From contig CAZLEB010000001.1 of assembly GCA_964558475.1 (NCBI GenBank), positions 1-49,878 of the forward strand: a stretch of 49,878 nt of DNA, given 5' to 3'. The DNA is from an uncultured Actinomycetota bacterium (GTDB lineage: Bacteria; Actinomycetota; Humimicrobiia; Humimicrobiales; Humimicrobiaceae). The translations under genes and the position numbers were made by a program. Of the stretch, positions 9,001 to 19,144 are shown one piece after another; position 1 is the stretch's first letter; every line of letters starts with the position of its first letter. The notes under the pieces were generated by a model. That model did no database searches and was not told where the DNA came from. It saw only the letters and a list, made by a program, of their open reading frames with translations.

Positions 9001-9552
9001 ATGAAAGTGAAAAAAATATATATTACCTCTCTAATTATTTGTTTTTTACTGGTGCCGATAGTTACAGTTTCATGTTTTAATTCTGATGACACCCAGCAAG
9101 GTGAAATTACTCAAGGTAATGAAACTTCAGAAGTAACAAGCGATGGCTCAGAAAATAATCCGGAGGAAGAATTCGATAATCTTCTGGAGAGTGAAGGTTT
9201 TTTAGAAGTTTTAAGTAGTTTTTTTTACCCTGAGTCTGAATTATTAAAAGCGGAGTCAGTAGAAGGTAATGAAAATTTATTCTATATATTATTGGAAATA
9301 ACGGACAATTCTGAAAAAGTGGAAAAATATTATAAGGATAAAAAAGTTCAGTCAATCTGGAGCAGAGCTGTAATATTCGAAGAAAGTTCAGAAAAAGTCG
9401 AAGAAGAATTTGTGACTTCTGAGAATGAAAATATCCCCGTATTTAAATTTACATATTCCAGCAAGGAAAAAGATAAGGTTGTCAATGTCTTAATTAAAGG
9501 TCTGGAAGAAAGCAGAACCCAAATAATGATTATTTACTGGAATCTGCAGTGA
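9001..9552 (+). CDS. Hypothetical acidic lipoprotein/secreted protein
   Basis: Signal peptide ending in lipobox-like VTVSC. The mature part is E/S-rich with no recognisable domain. Confidence 0.6.
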   Translation: MKVKKIYITSLIICFLLVPIVTVSCFNSDDTQQGEITQGNETSEVTSDGSENNPEEEFDNLLESEGFLEVLSSFFYPESELLKAESVEGNENLFYILLEITDNSEKVEKYYKDKKVQSIWSRAVIFEESSEKVEEEFVTSENENIPVFKFTYSSKEKDKVVNVLIKGLEESRTQIMIIYWNLQ

Positions 9553-9560
9553 ATAGCTAA

Positions 9561-10943
9561 ATGGAAGGTATTAAAACCTTAAAATCAAAAATCTACACAG
9601 TTAGTGAGCTTAATCTTGAGATAAGAAAAAATCTTGAAATAAGTTACCCTGATATATGGCTGGAAGGAGAAGTAAGTAATTTTTATTTCCATGACGGGAA
9701 ACATATGTACTTTGATTTGAAGGATGAGAATTCCAAGATTAAGGTAGTTATGTTTCATGGGAGTAATAAAAATTTACTTTTTGATATAGAAGAAGGCTTG
9801 CATATCTTAATAAATGGTTATGTTTCTGTTTATGAAAAAAGAGGAGAATACCAGATAGTAGCTGTAGATGCCAGGCCCGTAGGTAAGGGTTCACTTATTT
9901 TAGCATTTGAACAGTTAAAAGAAAAATTAGAAAAAAAGGGATATTTTGACCGGATACATAAAAAAAATATTCCCATTCTCCCAAAGAAAATAGGTATAGT
10001 AACCTCTATCGGGGGTGCAGTAATAAGGGATATAATTTTAGTCTTGAAAGATAGATTTGAAAATTTCCATCTTATAGTAAGGGATGTTAATGTTCAGGGG
10101 ATTACCTCAGGTGATGAAATCTGTGAGGCGATAGATGATTTGTGTCAGTATGGAGTGGATGTAATAATATTAGCCAGAGGAGGAGGTTCACTGGAAGACT
10201 TATGGGCGTTCAATACTGAAAAACTTGCTGAAAAAATATTTAATTGTCCCTTGCCCCTGATTTCAGCGGTTGGACATGAAACAGATTATACTATTTCCGA
10301 TTTTGTGGCCGATATGCGTGCTGCTACACCTTCGGTTGCCGGGCAGTTGGTTATATTAAATAAAATGGAAAAAGTGGGATATTTGAGGGAAGTCAATAAA
10401 AAGATTAAAAATCTGATTAATTTAAAAATAGCTCTTCTTAAAAAAGAGGTCAATTTTTTAATTAAAAGAAGAATCTTCATAAAACCAGAGGCTATAGTAA
10501 ATGAATTTACCCAGACTGCCGGTGAACTCCGCAATAAATTAATAGAAAATATGAAAAGACTTATCGGGACAGGAGAAAAAAAAGTATCCGGCTACAGGCA
10601 CTTGATAGATGAAAAAAATATATTAAAAAAAATTTACGTCTATAAAATGGCAATCAAGAACATAGATATAAGAATGATTTCGGATATAAGAAATTTTTTT
10701 AACCTTAAAAAAAGTAAGTTTAAGTTTATATTAGAAAATTTACGGGAGAAAAATCCTATCGCCATATTAGATCGTGGTTTTGCTATAATATATAAAGCGA
10801 AAGAGGATAAAAATATTAAAAGCGTAAATGAGGTAAAGATTAGTCAGAAGGTTAGAATAATGCTCAAGGATGGGGTACTTAATGCAAAAATATTCGATAA
10901 AATATATAAAAAAATAGAATTGGGTTTAAAAAATGAAAATTGA
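9561..10943 (+). CDS. xseA: Exodeoxyribonuclease VII large subunit
   Basis: N-terminal OB-fold (VSELN...IWLEGEVSN), ARGGGSLEDLWAFN and SAVGHETD motifs. Overlaps xseB by 11 nt. Confidence 0.9.
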   Translation: MEGIKTLKSKIYTVSELNLEIRKNLEISYPDIWLEGEVSNFYFHDGKHMYFDLKDENSKIKVVMFHGSNKNLLFDIEEGLHILINGYVSVYEKRGEYQIVAVDARPVGKGSLILAFEQLKEKLEKKGYFDRIHKKNIPILPKKIGIVTSIGGAVIRDIILVLKDRFENFHLIVRDVNVQGITSGDEICEAIDDLCQYGVDVIILARGGGSLEDLWAFNTEKLAEKIFNCPLPLISAVGHETDYTISDFVADMRAATPSVAGQLVILNKMEKVGYLREVNKKIKNLINLKIALLKKEVNFLIKRRIFIKPEAIVNEFTQTAGELRNKLIENMKRLIGTGEKKVSGYRHLIDEKNILKKIYVYKMAIKNIDIRMISDIRNFFNLKKSKFKFILENLREKNPIAILDRGFAIIYKAKEDKNIKSVNEVKISQKVRIMLKDGVLNAKIFDKIYKKIELGLKNEN

Positions 10944-11172
10944 AAAAATGAGTTTTGAAGAGTCTATTAAAAAGTTAGAAGAAATTATTAAGGAACTTGA
11001 AGACGAAAACATATCTCTGCAAGAATCAATGGAAAAATTTGAAATGGGTATAAAACTTTCTTCTAATTGTCTAAAAGAATTAAATGAAGCCGAGGGTAAG
11101 ATAGAAGAACTGACCAAGTCTGAGGACGGTAAACTTGTCACAAAAGAACTGGATTTAGGAAAAGAAAACTAA
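10933..11172 (+). CDS. xseB: Exodeoxyribonuclease VII small subunit
   Basis: 79 aa with the FEESIKKLEEIIKELE helical hairpin pattern, positioned immediately after xseA. Confidence 0.9.
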   Translation: MKIEKMSFEESIKKLEEIIKELEDENISLQESMEKFEMGIKLSSNCLKELNEAEGKIEELTKSEDGKLVTKELDLGKEN

Positions 11173-11381
11173 AGGTTTTTGTAAAGAATTAAAATTTTTA
11201 ATTATCTACTGCCTGCTACCTTATAAATAACCACATATATGAAATATTACCTGCCCGACTATATGTAGTGTAGCATTTAGGTAAACCATACAAAAATTAG
11301 CTATATATAGTTATATATTACTATTAAATAAATACTAAATTAAATAATCATAATTACTTTCATATTTTTTTAAATAAATAG

Positions 11382-11410
11382 TTTACAAATTGATATTTGT
11401 GTGGTATTTT
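11382..11410 (+). promoter_or_regulatory. Candidate dcw promoter (Pmra)
   Basis: TTTACA (11382-11387), 17-nt spacer, TATTTT (11405-11410), with TG at 11402-11403 giving an extended -10 TGgTATTTT. About 75 nt upstream of the mraZ GTG. Confidence 0.5.
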
Positions 11411-11439
11411 ATTGTTGTGATGTGGGGATAAGTGGAGGG
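11401..11439 (+). promoter_or_regulatory. Candidate MraZ operator: phased GTGG repeats
   Basis: GTGGT (11401), GTGGGG (11422) and GTGGAG (11432), plus a degenerate GTTGTG between them, on a 10-11 bp register overlapping or just downstream of the -10. Confidence 0.45.
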
Positions 11440-11485
11440 AAAAGGATGTAAATCCCTAAAGAATAAATAGGAAATGGGGTAAAGA

Positions 11486-11920
11486 GTGTTTTCAGGAACC
11501 TATCAGCGGACAATTGATAGTAAAGGAAGGGTTTTTGTACCTTCTATATTTAGAGAAGAATTTGTAAAAGGCTTGATGATATCAAAGGGATATGGTTTAA
11601 AGTGCCTTTGTTTGTTTTCAATGGAAAAATGGGAAAAAATTGATGAAAAAATAATTGAAAACAAAGTTGCCGAAGGCGATGTTCAGGGATTTAAAAGATG
11701 GTTTTTTAGTTCTGCTGTCAAAGAGACCATGGATCAGCAGGGAAGAATCAGAATACCCCAGAATTTAATAGATTATGCAGTGTTTGAGAAAGATATTGTT
11801 ATGGTGGGTGTTTCAAATAGAGCTGAAATATGGAATAAAGAGAATTGGCAGGAATATTACGGTATTGCGGAATCTAAATATAAGAAAAACACGGATGTAT
11901 TTGAAAAATTAGAGCTTTAA
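11486..11920 (+). CDS. mraZ: Transcriptional regulator MraZ
   Basis: Two SpoVT/AbrB-like repeats, DSKGRVFVP and DQQGRIRIP. GTG start. First gene of the dcw cluster. Confidence 0.95.
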   Translation: MFSGTYQRTIDSKGRVFVPSIFREEFVKGLMISKGYGLKCLCLFSMEKWEKIDEKIIENKVAEGDVQGFKRWFFSSAVKETMDQQGRIRIPQNLIDYAVFEKDIVMVGVSNRAEIWNKENWQEYYGIAESKYKKNTDVFEKLEL

Positions 11921-11924
11921 AAGA

Positions 11925-12878
11925 GTGTCATTAATGAATTTGGGAGAGATTCATGTACCGGTTCTTTTAGAGGAGGTTTTATATTATTTAAACTTAAAGC
12001 AGGGCGATATCGTTTTTGACGGAACACTTGGCGGTGCGGGTCATACTATAGAAATAATTAAAGTCATTGCCCCCACAGGCAGAATAATTGGAGTTGAACT
12101 TCATAGCCAGACTATAAGCACCGCCACCAGCAAACTAAAGAAATTTTCCAAAAATGTGGTCCTGATAAATGATAACTTTGCAAATATTAAAAAAATTTTA
12201 AAAAGAATAAATATAAAAAGTATAGACGGAATGTTACTTGATCTTGGATTATCCTCTTTTCTGATTGATGAATCAAAAAGGGGGTTTAGCTATCTTAGAA
12301 ATGAAAAATTGGATATGAGATTTGGAGATAACTGTAATATAAGTGCGTTTGATGTGGTGAATGAATATCCTGAAAAAAAATTAATAGAGATATTCCAAAA
12401 ATACGGAGAGGAGAAATGGTCCAGGTTAATTGCTAGAAACATCGTAAGTTATAGAAAGGCCGGGGTTATAAAAACTACCGGGGAACTTACGGAGATTATA
12501 AAAGGTTCCATACCTAAGAAATTAAGATATTACAGAAAAGGTCATCCGGCAAAAAGGATATTTCAGGCAATCAGGATAGAAGTAAACAAAGAACTTGATA
12601 ATTTAAAAACGGCAATTGAAGATGGTTTTGAAATGTTAGAAAGAGGAGGAAGAATGGTAATAATATCCTACCATTCCCTTGAGGATAGAATAGTAAAGAA
12701 TAGTTTCTTACGATATAAGGGTACATGTACCTGTCCCCCGGATTTTCCGGTATGCATGTGTGGTAAGGAAAAAAGAGCTGAGATTATTACCAGAAAGGCA
12801 GTTAGACCGAAGCCTGAAGAGATTAGCCTGAATCCTCGTTCAAAAAGCGCAAGGCTGAGAGTTTTAGAAAAGTTGTAG
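11925..12878 (+). CDS. rsmH: 16S rRNA (cytosine1402-N4)-methyltransferase RsmH
   Basis: HVPVLLEEV, DGTLGGAGH, DLGLSS and SYHSLEDR motifs. The start is GTG 11925 or ATG 11934. Confidence 0.95.
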   Translation: MSLMNLGEIHVPVLLEEVLYYLNLKQGDIVFDGTLGGAGHTIEIIKVIAPTGRIIGVELHSQTISTATSKLKKFSKNVVLINDNFANIKKILKRINIKSIDGMLLDLGLSSFLIDESKRGFSYLRNEKLDMRFGDNCNISAFDVVNEYPEKKLIEIFQKYGEEKWSRLIARNIVSYRKAGVIKTTGELTEIIKGSIPKKLRYYRKGHPAKRIFQAIRIEVNKELDNLKTAIEDGFEMLERGGRMVIISYHSLEDRIVKNSFLRYKGTCTCPPDFPVCMCGKEKRAEIITRKAVRPKPEEISLNPRSKSARLRVLEKL

Positions 12879-12917
12879 ATTATATTTATTAAAAAGTTAC
12901 ACGAATAATTTTGTGAA

Positions 12918-13454
12918 ATGAACTTAAGACTGGCAGAAGAAAAAGAAATTTATAGAAGAAAATCATATCCTCTCTTGTATCTGGTAAAGACACCGGATAG
13001 CGGAAGAGAGGAAGAAAAAATAGTATATAGCAATATTGGTCTGTTTTACATATTTGTTATAGTTATAATTTTTGCCTGTCTGGGAATTCTTTTAAATATC
13101 GGGCTAAAAATACAGAGTGTAAGTTACCAAAAAAATATATATGAAATTGATGAAATGATTTCTTTAGAAGATGAAAGGAGCGACCGCTTACAGCTGAAAA
13201 TATCAGAGCTAAAGTCGCCATCAAGAATTATTGAAACAGCTGAAGAGGATTTAAATATGAATATGGCTGATAATTTTAAGATAGTTGAGATTTCAGATAG
13301 TGGGCTTGAGAATAATGAGAAAATTTATAATTACATATCCAATAATACAAATACCGCAGTTAAAAATTATGACAGTTTCTTAGGAACAATTTATTATATT
13401 CAGGATATAGTGCTTGTGGTATCAGAAAGTGTATTGACATTTTTTATTCCCTAA
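12918..13454 (+). CDS. ftsL: Cell division protein FtsL-like (bitopic, coiled coil)
   Basis: Single TM (IGLFYIFVIVIIFACLGILL) followed by a coiled coil and the SPSRIIETAEEDLNM motif. Sits between rsmH and ftsI. Confidence 0.75.
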   Translation: MNLRLAEEKEIYRRKSYPLLYLVKTPDSGREEEKIVYSNIGLFYIFVIVIIFACLGILLNIGLKIQSVSYQKNIYEIDEMISLEDERSDRLQLKISELKSPSRIIETAEEDLNMNMADNFKIVEISDSGLENNEKIYNYISNNTNTAVKNYDSFLGTIYYIQDIVLVVSESVLTFFIP

Positions 13455-13474
13455 TTATTATGTTAGTTTAAGAA

Positions 13475-15181
13475 ATGCTTAGGAATAATAATAATATCAG
13501 GATAAACAGGAAAAGAATATATTTCCTGTTTATTTTATTTTCGATGACTTTTTTGTTAATAATATATAGGTTGGTTTCAATTCAGTATCTAAATGCTTCA
13601 GAGTTCATAAGTTATGCGGAATTTCAACATGTAGGTGAATTTGTCCTTAGCTCGAAAAGAGGTGAAATACTGGATAGAAATGGAGTTGAACTGGCGATAA
13701 GCTTAAATGAAAAGACTGTATATGCGAATCCAAAATTAGTCGTTGATTCTAAATACGAATCTGAAATTTTAGCAGAGATATTGGAACTGGATGCGGGAAA
13801 CATAAAAGAAAAGCTGGAAAACAAAGATTTAGGATTTGTGTACATACAGAGAAAGGTTTCCGCAGAAAAAGCCGAAAGAATTATGGAGTACAACCTTCCA
13901 GGTGTGTATATCCAGAGTGAGGCCAGGAGGTATTATCCTTTAAATGATATCGCAGCCTCAATAATCGGGTTTACAGGAGTTGATAATAACGGGCTTTCCG
14001 GAATTGAGTTACAGTATGAAAAAATTTTAAGGGGAATTGATGTTAAAGTAACTTTTGAAAAAGATGTTTTTGGTAATATAATCCCGGTGGAAGATAATAC
14101 ATATAAAGAGCCTATTGACGGTAAAGATGTGGTTCTTACAATTGATTCACAGATTCAATATATCGTACAGGAAAAACTGGAAGAAATTGTATCGGAATAT
14201 AATGCTTTGAGGGCAATTTCCATAGTAATGAACCCTAAAAGTGGTGAGATCTATTCAATGGCATCCTATCCCGGTTTTGATTTAAATAATTACGAAGAGG
14301 CTGATCCGGAGCTTTATAAGATATTAGGTATATCTTTCAACTATGAACCGGGTTCTACTTTTAAAATAATTAACGTTTCATCAGCAATAGAAAATAATTC
14401 GGTCGGCAGATATCAGATGTTTAGTTTAGCTCCTTCTATTAGGGTTGGTGATAGGGTAATTAAAGAAATATTCAGGACTTATTATATCAGTTATACTACC
14501 GAGGAAATAATAAAGTATTCCAGTAATGTGGGGGCTGTTACAATTGCTCTTAGCATGGGAGAAAAAATCTTCTGGGAAGGTATTAAGAAATTTGGATTTG
14601 GCGAACCAACAGGAATAGAATTACCCGGAGAAGAAAGAGGGCTTTTTTATGATTATAAAACCTGGCCCGCATCAACTATAGGAGCGCTGGCTATAGGACA
14701 GAATATTTCGGTAACTCCTCTTCAGCTGCTGAGAGCAGTTTGTGCCATTGCAAATGGGGGATATCTTGTCACTCCCACCATTGTAAAGGAAGTAAAATTA
14801 TTGGAAAATGAAGAAGATGATGTCACACAGATGGAAGAAGGAAGTAGGATTTTAAGTTCAGAGACAGCAAATTCGATTAAGGACATGATGCTTGCTGTAG
14901 TAGAAGGAGGGACGGGAACAAAAGCCCAGATAAGCGGGGTAAAGGTTTGTGGAAAAACAGGTACCGCTGAAAAAGTCAATATAAATGGAGTTGGTTATAA
15001 TGAGGGAAGGCAAATAACCTCTTTTATTGGCTTTGCTCCTTATGAGGACCCTGAAGTTGCAGTAATTGTAGTGGTGGATGAACCACAGGGCAGCGAAAAT
15101 ACAGTCTGGGGCGGAACTGTGGCAGCCCCTGCCTTCAGAGATATAATGGAGTTTTCTTTAAAGAGAGTAAAGACTTATTAA
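13475..15181 (+). CDS. ftsI: Class B penicillin-binding protein / peptidoglycan D,D-transpeptidase FtsI
   Basis: N-terminal TM anchor and PBP dimerisation region. Motifs SxxK (GSTFKI), SxN (YSSNVG) and KTG (GKTGTA). Confidence 0.93.
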   Translation: MLRNNNNIRINRKRIYFLFILFSMTFLLIIYRLVSIQYLNASEFISYAEFQHVGEFVLSSKRGEILDRNGVELAISLNEKTVYANPKLVVDSKYESEILAEILELDAGNIKEKLENKDLGFVYIQRKVSAEKAERIMEYNLPGVYIQSEARRYYPLNDIAASIIGFTGVDNNGLSGIELQYEKILRGIDVKVTFEKDVFGNIIPVEDNTYKEPIDGKDVVLTIDSQIQYIVQEKLEEIVSEYNALRAISIVMNPKSGEIYSMASYPGFDLNNYEEADPELYKILGISFNYEPGSTFKIINVSSAIENNSVGRYQMFSLAPSIRVGDRVIKEIFRTYYISYTTEEIIKYSSNVGAVTIALSMGEKIFWEGIKKFGFGEPTGIELPGEERGLFYDYKTWPASTIGALAIGQNISVTPLQLLRAVCAIANGGYLVTPTIVKEVKLLENEEDDVTQMEEGSRILSSETANSIKDMMLAVVEGGTGTKAQISGVKVCGKTGTAEKVNINGVGYNEGRQITSFIGFAPYEDPEVAVIVVVDEPQGSENTVWGGTVAAPAFRDIMEFSLKRVKTY

Positions 15182-15202
15182 TAATACTGGTGGTTTAAGA
15201 AA

Positions 15203-16705
15203 ATGAAATTACAGGGCTTACTGAAAAATATAGATTATAAGAAGATTTATGGAAGTACAGATATGGATATTAAAAGTCTTTCCATAAATTCTAAAAATGT
15301 AATGGTAAATAATTTATTTATTGCTATTAAAGGCTTAAAATATGACGGACATAATTTTACTGAAGAAGCAGTTTCTAACGGGGCTACTGCATTAATGGTT
15401 CAGAGAAAAGTAGATGTTCCTTCATATATAACCCAGGTTATAGTCAGCAGTACCAGAAAAATATTACCGGTTTTATGTAAAAATTTCTACAGAGATCCCA
15501 GTAAATCATTTAAGCTAATTGGCGTTACTGGAACCAATGGGAAGACAACTACCTGTTATCTTATGGACTCTATTATAAATAAGGCAGGAATGAAAACTTC
15601 GCTTATAACCACCGTAGAGTCTTTTCTGGATGGTAAAAAAACTTTTTTTGACCGTACTACTCCTGAATCTCCTGATTTGAATGACTTTTTTAAAAGAAGC
15701 AGTCAAAAAAAAATAGATGCTGCCTGTATGGAGGTATCCTCTCATTCGATAGATTTACACAGGATTGATTATCTTAGATTTGATTATTTTGTGTTTACAA
15801 ATCTTTCTCAGGATCACCTGGATTATCATAAAGATATGACCAGTTATTTTAATGTAAAAAAGAAATTGTTTATGGGGAAATACAGAAAAATATATGGAGG
15901 AGAAAAAGCGGTTATTAATATTGATGATAGTTATGGAAAAGAAATTTTTAAATCTACTGATCTTAAAAAGTTATCTTATTCAATTAAATCGGATAGGGCG
16001 AGTGTTTGGGCAAGTGATATAAGAAATTCAACTTCTGGAATTGAGATGAAAATAAATACTTCAGGTGGTATAAAGTTTGATATCTCGTCTCCATTATGCG
16101 GATATTTTAATATCTATAATATTCTGGCAGCTGTTAGTGTATGTATCGATATGGGTATAAAGGACAGTTCTATTAAGGAAGGCATAAGATCTTTGCATGG
16201 GGTAGGAGGTAGATTTGAAAGGCTAGATTCCGGTAAAAAATTAATAGTGATAGTAGATTATGCCCATACACCGGATGGTCTGGAAAATGTACTGTCGACT
16301 ATAAGGCAAATATTGAAACCGGGGGGGAGAATTATATCGGTTTTTGGATGCGGTGGTGATCGTGACAGGAAGAAAAGAAAAATTATGGGCCGGATTTCAG
16401 GGCAGTATTCTGACTTTACGGTTTTAACTTCTGATAACCCAAGGTCTGAAAGACCGGACTCCATAATAAGTATGATAGAAGAAGGTCTAATTGAATCAGA
16501 CAGTAAAGAATATATTAAAGAAACTGACAGGAAAAAAGCAATATTTATAGCTCTGGAAATGGCACTGGAAAATGATGTAGTTCTTATTGCCGGAAAGGGC
16601 CATGAAGATTACCAGGAGTTCAAAGATTACAGAATACCTTTTAGTGATAAGAATGTCGTAAATGAGTGGGCTGCGGGGAAAGATGAAAGAAAAAATAAAA
16701 ATTGA
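15203..16705 (+). CDS. murE: UDP-MurNAc-L-Ala-D-Glu:meso-diaminopimelate ligase MurE
   Basis: P-loop GVTGTNGKTT. The DNPR motif (LTSDNPRSE) is characteristic of mDAP-adding MurE. Confidence 0.95.
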   Translation: MKLQGLLKNIDYKKIYGSTDMDIKSLSINSKNVMVNNLFIAIKGLKYDGHNFTEEAVSNGATALMVQRKVDVPSYITQVIVSSTRKILPVLCKNFYRDPSKSFKLIGVTGTNGKTTTCYLMDSIINKAGMKTSLITTVESFLDGKKTFFDRTTPESPDLNDFFKRSSQKKIDAACMEVSSHSIDLHRIDYLRFDYFVFTNLSQDHLDYHKDMTSYFNVKKKLFMGKYRKIYGGEKAVINIDDSYGKEIFKSTDLKKLSYSIKSDRASVWASDIRNSTSGIEMKINTSGGIKFDISSPLCGYFNIYNILAAVSVCIDMGIKDSSIKEGIRSLHGVGGRFERLDSGKKLIVIVDYAHTPDGLENVLSTIRQILKPGGRIISVFGCGGDRDRKKRKIMGRISGQYSDFTVLTSDNPRSERPDSIISMIEEGLIESDSKEYIKETDRKKAIFIALEMALENDVVLIAGKGHEDYQEFKDYRIPFSDKNVVNEWAAGKDERKNKN

Positions 16706-18113
16706 AAGTATAATATACTGGACAAACTGTAATTTAATTTCAGGAAATAAAAAAAAATATATCGAAAGTATTTCGACTGATTCCAGAACCATAGAAAAAG
16801 GGGATTTTTTTATTCCTCTTACGGGTGAAAATTATAACGGCCATAATTTTATTGAATCAGCCTTAAAAAAAGATGCCGGAGGTTTTGTATTTGAATCGAG
16901 ATATAAAGGAAAATTAGAGCTATGGAAAAGGAGTAGTAAAACTGAAAATTTAGATAATCTTGTAATCTTACAGGCGGATAATAATTTAAATTTTCTAAAA
17001 AATATTGCTTACAACTATATACGTAAATTTAATCCAACGGTTATAGGTATAACTGGAAGTGTGGGTAAGACTACAACTAAAAATTTTCTGGTAAGCATAT
17101 TAAATAAAGAGCATAGAGTTGAATTTACTCCCAGAAACTACAATACTGAAATCGGAGTATCAGAATCGATTCTGGAAATTGATGGCAGAACGGACTTTTT
17201 TATTGCCGAACTGGGTATGAGGGGTAAAGGTCAGATAGAAATGCTTTCCAGTATATGTAATCTTGATATCGGAGCGATTACGGCTGTAGGGGAATCGCAC
17301 ATAACTTTTTTTAAAAACTTACGGGAAATAGCGATGGCAAAAGCTGAAATGGCGGAAATTCTTTACAAAAATAACGGAGTTTTATTTTTAAATAATGATG
17401 ACAGATACAGCAGTTTGATAGAAAAGAAAGTTAATTGCAGGGTTATAAGATTCGGGAGAAATAATAATATCGCATTTAATTTTATAGAAGAAAATGTAGA
17501 TGAGATGGGGAGATTCAACTTTAATTTCTTTAAAGGTGATAATAGAATCACAAATGTGGGTTTGAATATTCCAGGTTATCATAATATATACAATGCCTGT
17601 TGCGCAGCAGCTGTATGCTCATATTTAAATATCAGCGGTGAAACAATAAAAGCAGGAATTGAGGGGGCGCTTATTGAGGGGTCCAGAATGGAAATTATAA
17701 AGAAAAAAGATAAAATAATTATAAATGATTGTTATAATGCCAGTCCCCTTTCTGTTAAAGGAGCTGTTGATACACTGATTTTAATTTCGGAAAAGAAAAA
17801 TATGAGGAGTGTGGCCATATTGGGAGATATGCTGGAATTGGGTAGTGGTTCACCCAGGTTTCATCGGGAAGTTGGAAGGTATTTATCCCAAAAAAAGGTG
17901 GATGTATTGATAGCATTTGGTGAATTTGCCAGTAATATATGCAGGGGTTACAGTAAAAGCAGTGATTTTAATAAAAATAAAAATCTATGTTTTTATTTTA
18001 AGGATAAAAAAGAACTAAGTGGACAGATAGGCAGTTTGCTCCAGTCCGGGGATTTGGTTTTAATAAAGGGTTCGAGAGCAAATAAAATGGAAGATATTAT
18101 AAATTTAATATGA
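16683..18113 (+). CDS. murF: UDP-MurNAc-tripeptide:D-Ala-D-Ala ligase MurF
   Basis: GITGSVGKTTTKN P-loop. ATG 16683 (after GGGGAAAG) is preferred to ATG 16662. Overlaps the murE stop. Confidence 0.93.
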   Translation: MKEKIKIESIIYWTNCNLISGNKKKYIESISTDSRTIEKGDFFIPLTGENYNGHNFIESALKKDAGGFVFESRYKGKLELWKRSSKTENLDNLVILQADNNLNFLKNIAYNYIRKFNPTVIGITGSVGKTTTKNFLVSILNKEHRVEFTPRNYNTEIGVSESILEIDGRTDFFIAELGMRGKGQIEMLSSICNLDIGAITAVGESHITFFKNLREIAMAKAEMAEILYKNNGVLFLNNDDRYSSLIEKKVNCRVIRFGRNNNIAFNFIEENVDEMGRFNFNFFKGDNRITNVGLNIPGYHNIYNACCAAAVCSYLNISGETIKAGIEGALIEGSRMEIIKKKDKIIINDCYNASPLSVKGAVDTLILISEKKNMRSVAILGDMLELGSGSPRFHREVGRYLSQKKVDVLIAFGEFASNICRGYSKSSDFNKNKNLCFYFKDKKELSGQIGSLLQSGDLVLIKGSRANKMEDIINLI

Positions 18114-18127
18114 ATAGGAACTAATAT

Positions 18128-19141
18128 ATGACCTGGATATTTTTATCAATAATAATAGGAGGTTTATTATCGCTACTTGCTACACCTCTATTTATAAAGT
18201 TTCAAAAGAATAAAAAAATTGGAGAAAAGATTCGCATTGACGGTCCAAAAACACATTCTGTTAAAACAGGTACGCCGACTATGGGTGGTATAATATTTGT
18301 CCTGTCTTCCATAACTGCATTTACCGCGGTGAGCCTTATTAAATATTACCGTCATGAAGTTTACAGTATAGAGGGAATATTTGCTCTTTCCATATTACTC
18401 CTGTGCAGCCTGATAGGATTTATTGATGATTATATGGCATTAAAAAAACAGAGATCGCTTGGTCTAAGGGGGTGGGTAAAGATATCTCTTCTGGCTGTAG
18501 TATGTGTATATTTCATATTGTTTTCAAAATATATACTTGATGCCGGTACTTACATAGGTATACCTTTTACCGATATGAAGATTGAAATGGGAAACTGGTA
18601 TTATATTATTGTTGTATTAATTATTATCAGCACCACTAATGCGGTTAATTTGACCGATGGTCTCGATGGTCTTGCTGCCGGGGCTTCCTCGATTGTTCTG
18701 GCTGTATTCTGTTTTATTGCGTTTTTGGAATGGTCCGTACTTGATATTTCTTATGGGATAGATATTGCAGTAGTTGGTGGAGGAACGCTGGCTGCATGTA
18801 TAGGGTTTTTATGGTGGAACACAGCTCCGGCCGAAATTTTTATGGGAGATACCGGCTCACTTGGGCTGGGGGGACTGATAGCGGCAGTCGCAATAATTTT
18901 AAAACAGGAAATTTTGTTAATTGTAATCGGAGGGCTTTTTGTTATCGAGACACTGTCGGTAATTATTCAGGTTTTATGGTTTAAGATTTTTAAGAAGAGA
19001 GTGTTTAAAATGGCTCCCATTCACCATCATTTTGAACTTCTCGGGTGGCTTGAGATTAAGGTTATCATAAGGTTCTGGCTTGTGTGTATCTTATTTGCTG
19101 GAGTAGGATTTTTTATTTATTACTTAAAATTCATAGATTAA
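18128..19141 (+). CDS. mraY: Phospho-N-acetylmuramoyl-pentapeptide transferase MraY
   Basis: Polytopic membrane protein with NAVNLTDGLDGLA, GDTGSLGLGG and MAPIHHHFE motifs. Confidence 0.97.
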   Translation: MTWIFLSIIIGGLLSLLATPLFIKFQKNKKIGEKIRIDGPKTHSVKTGTPTMGGIIFVLSSITAFTAVSLIKYYRHEVYSIEGIFALSILLLCSLIGFIDDYMALKKQRSLGLRGWVKISLLAVVCVYFILFSKYILDAGTYIGIPFTDMKIEMGNWYYIIVVLIIISTTNAVNLTDGLDGLAAGASSIVLAVFCFIAFLEWSVLDISYGIDIAVVGGGTLAACIGFLWWNTAPAEIFMGDTGSLGLGGLIAAVAIILKQEILLIVIGGLFVIETLSVIIQVLWFKIFKKRVFKMAPIHHHFELLGWLEIKVIIRFWLVCILFAGVGFFIYYLKFID

Positions 19142-19144
19142 AAA

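Noticed and set aside
18796-18984. 62-aa alternate-frame + strand ORF inside mraY
   Set aside because: It is out of frame with the conserved MraY sequence (GDTGSLGLGG region). No SD and an arginine/glycine-rich nonsense composition.
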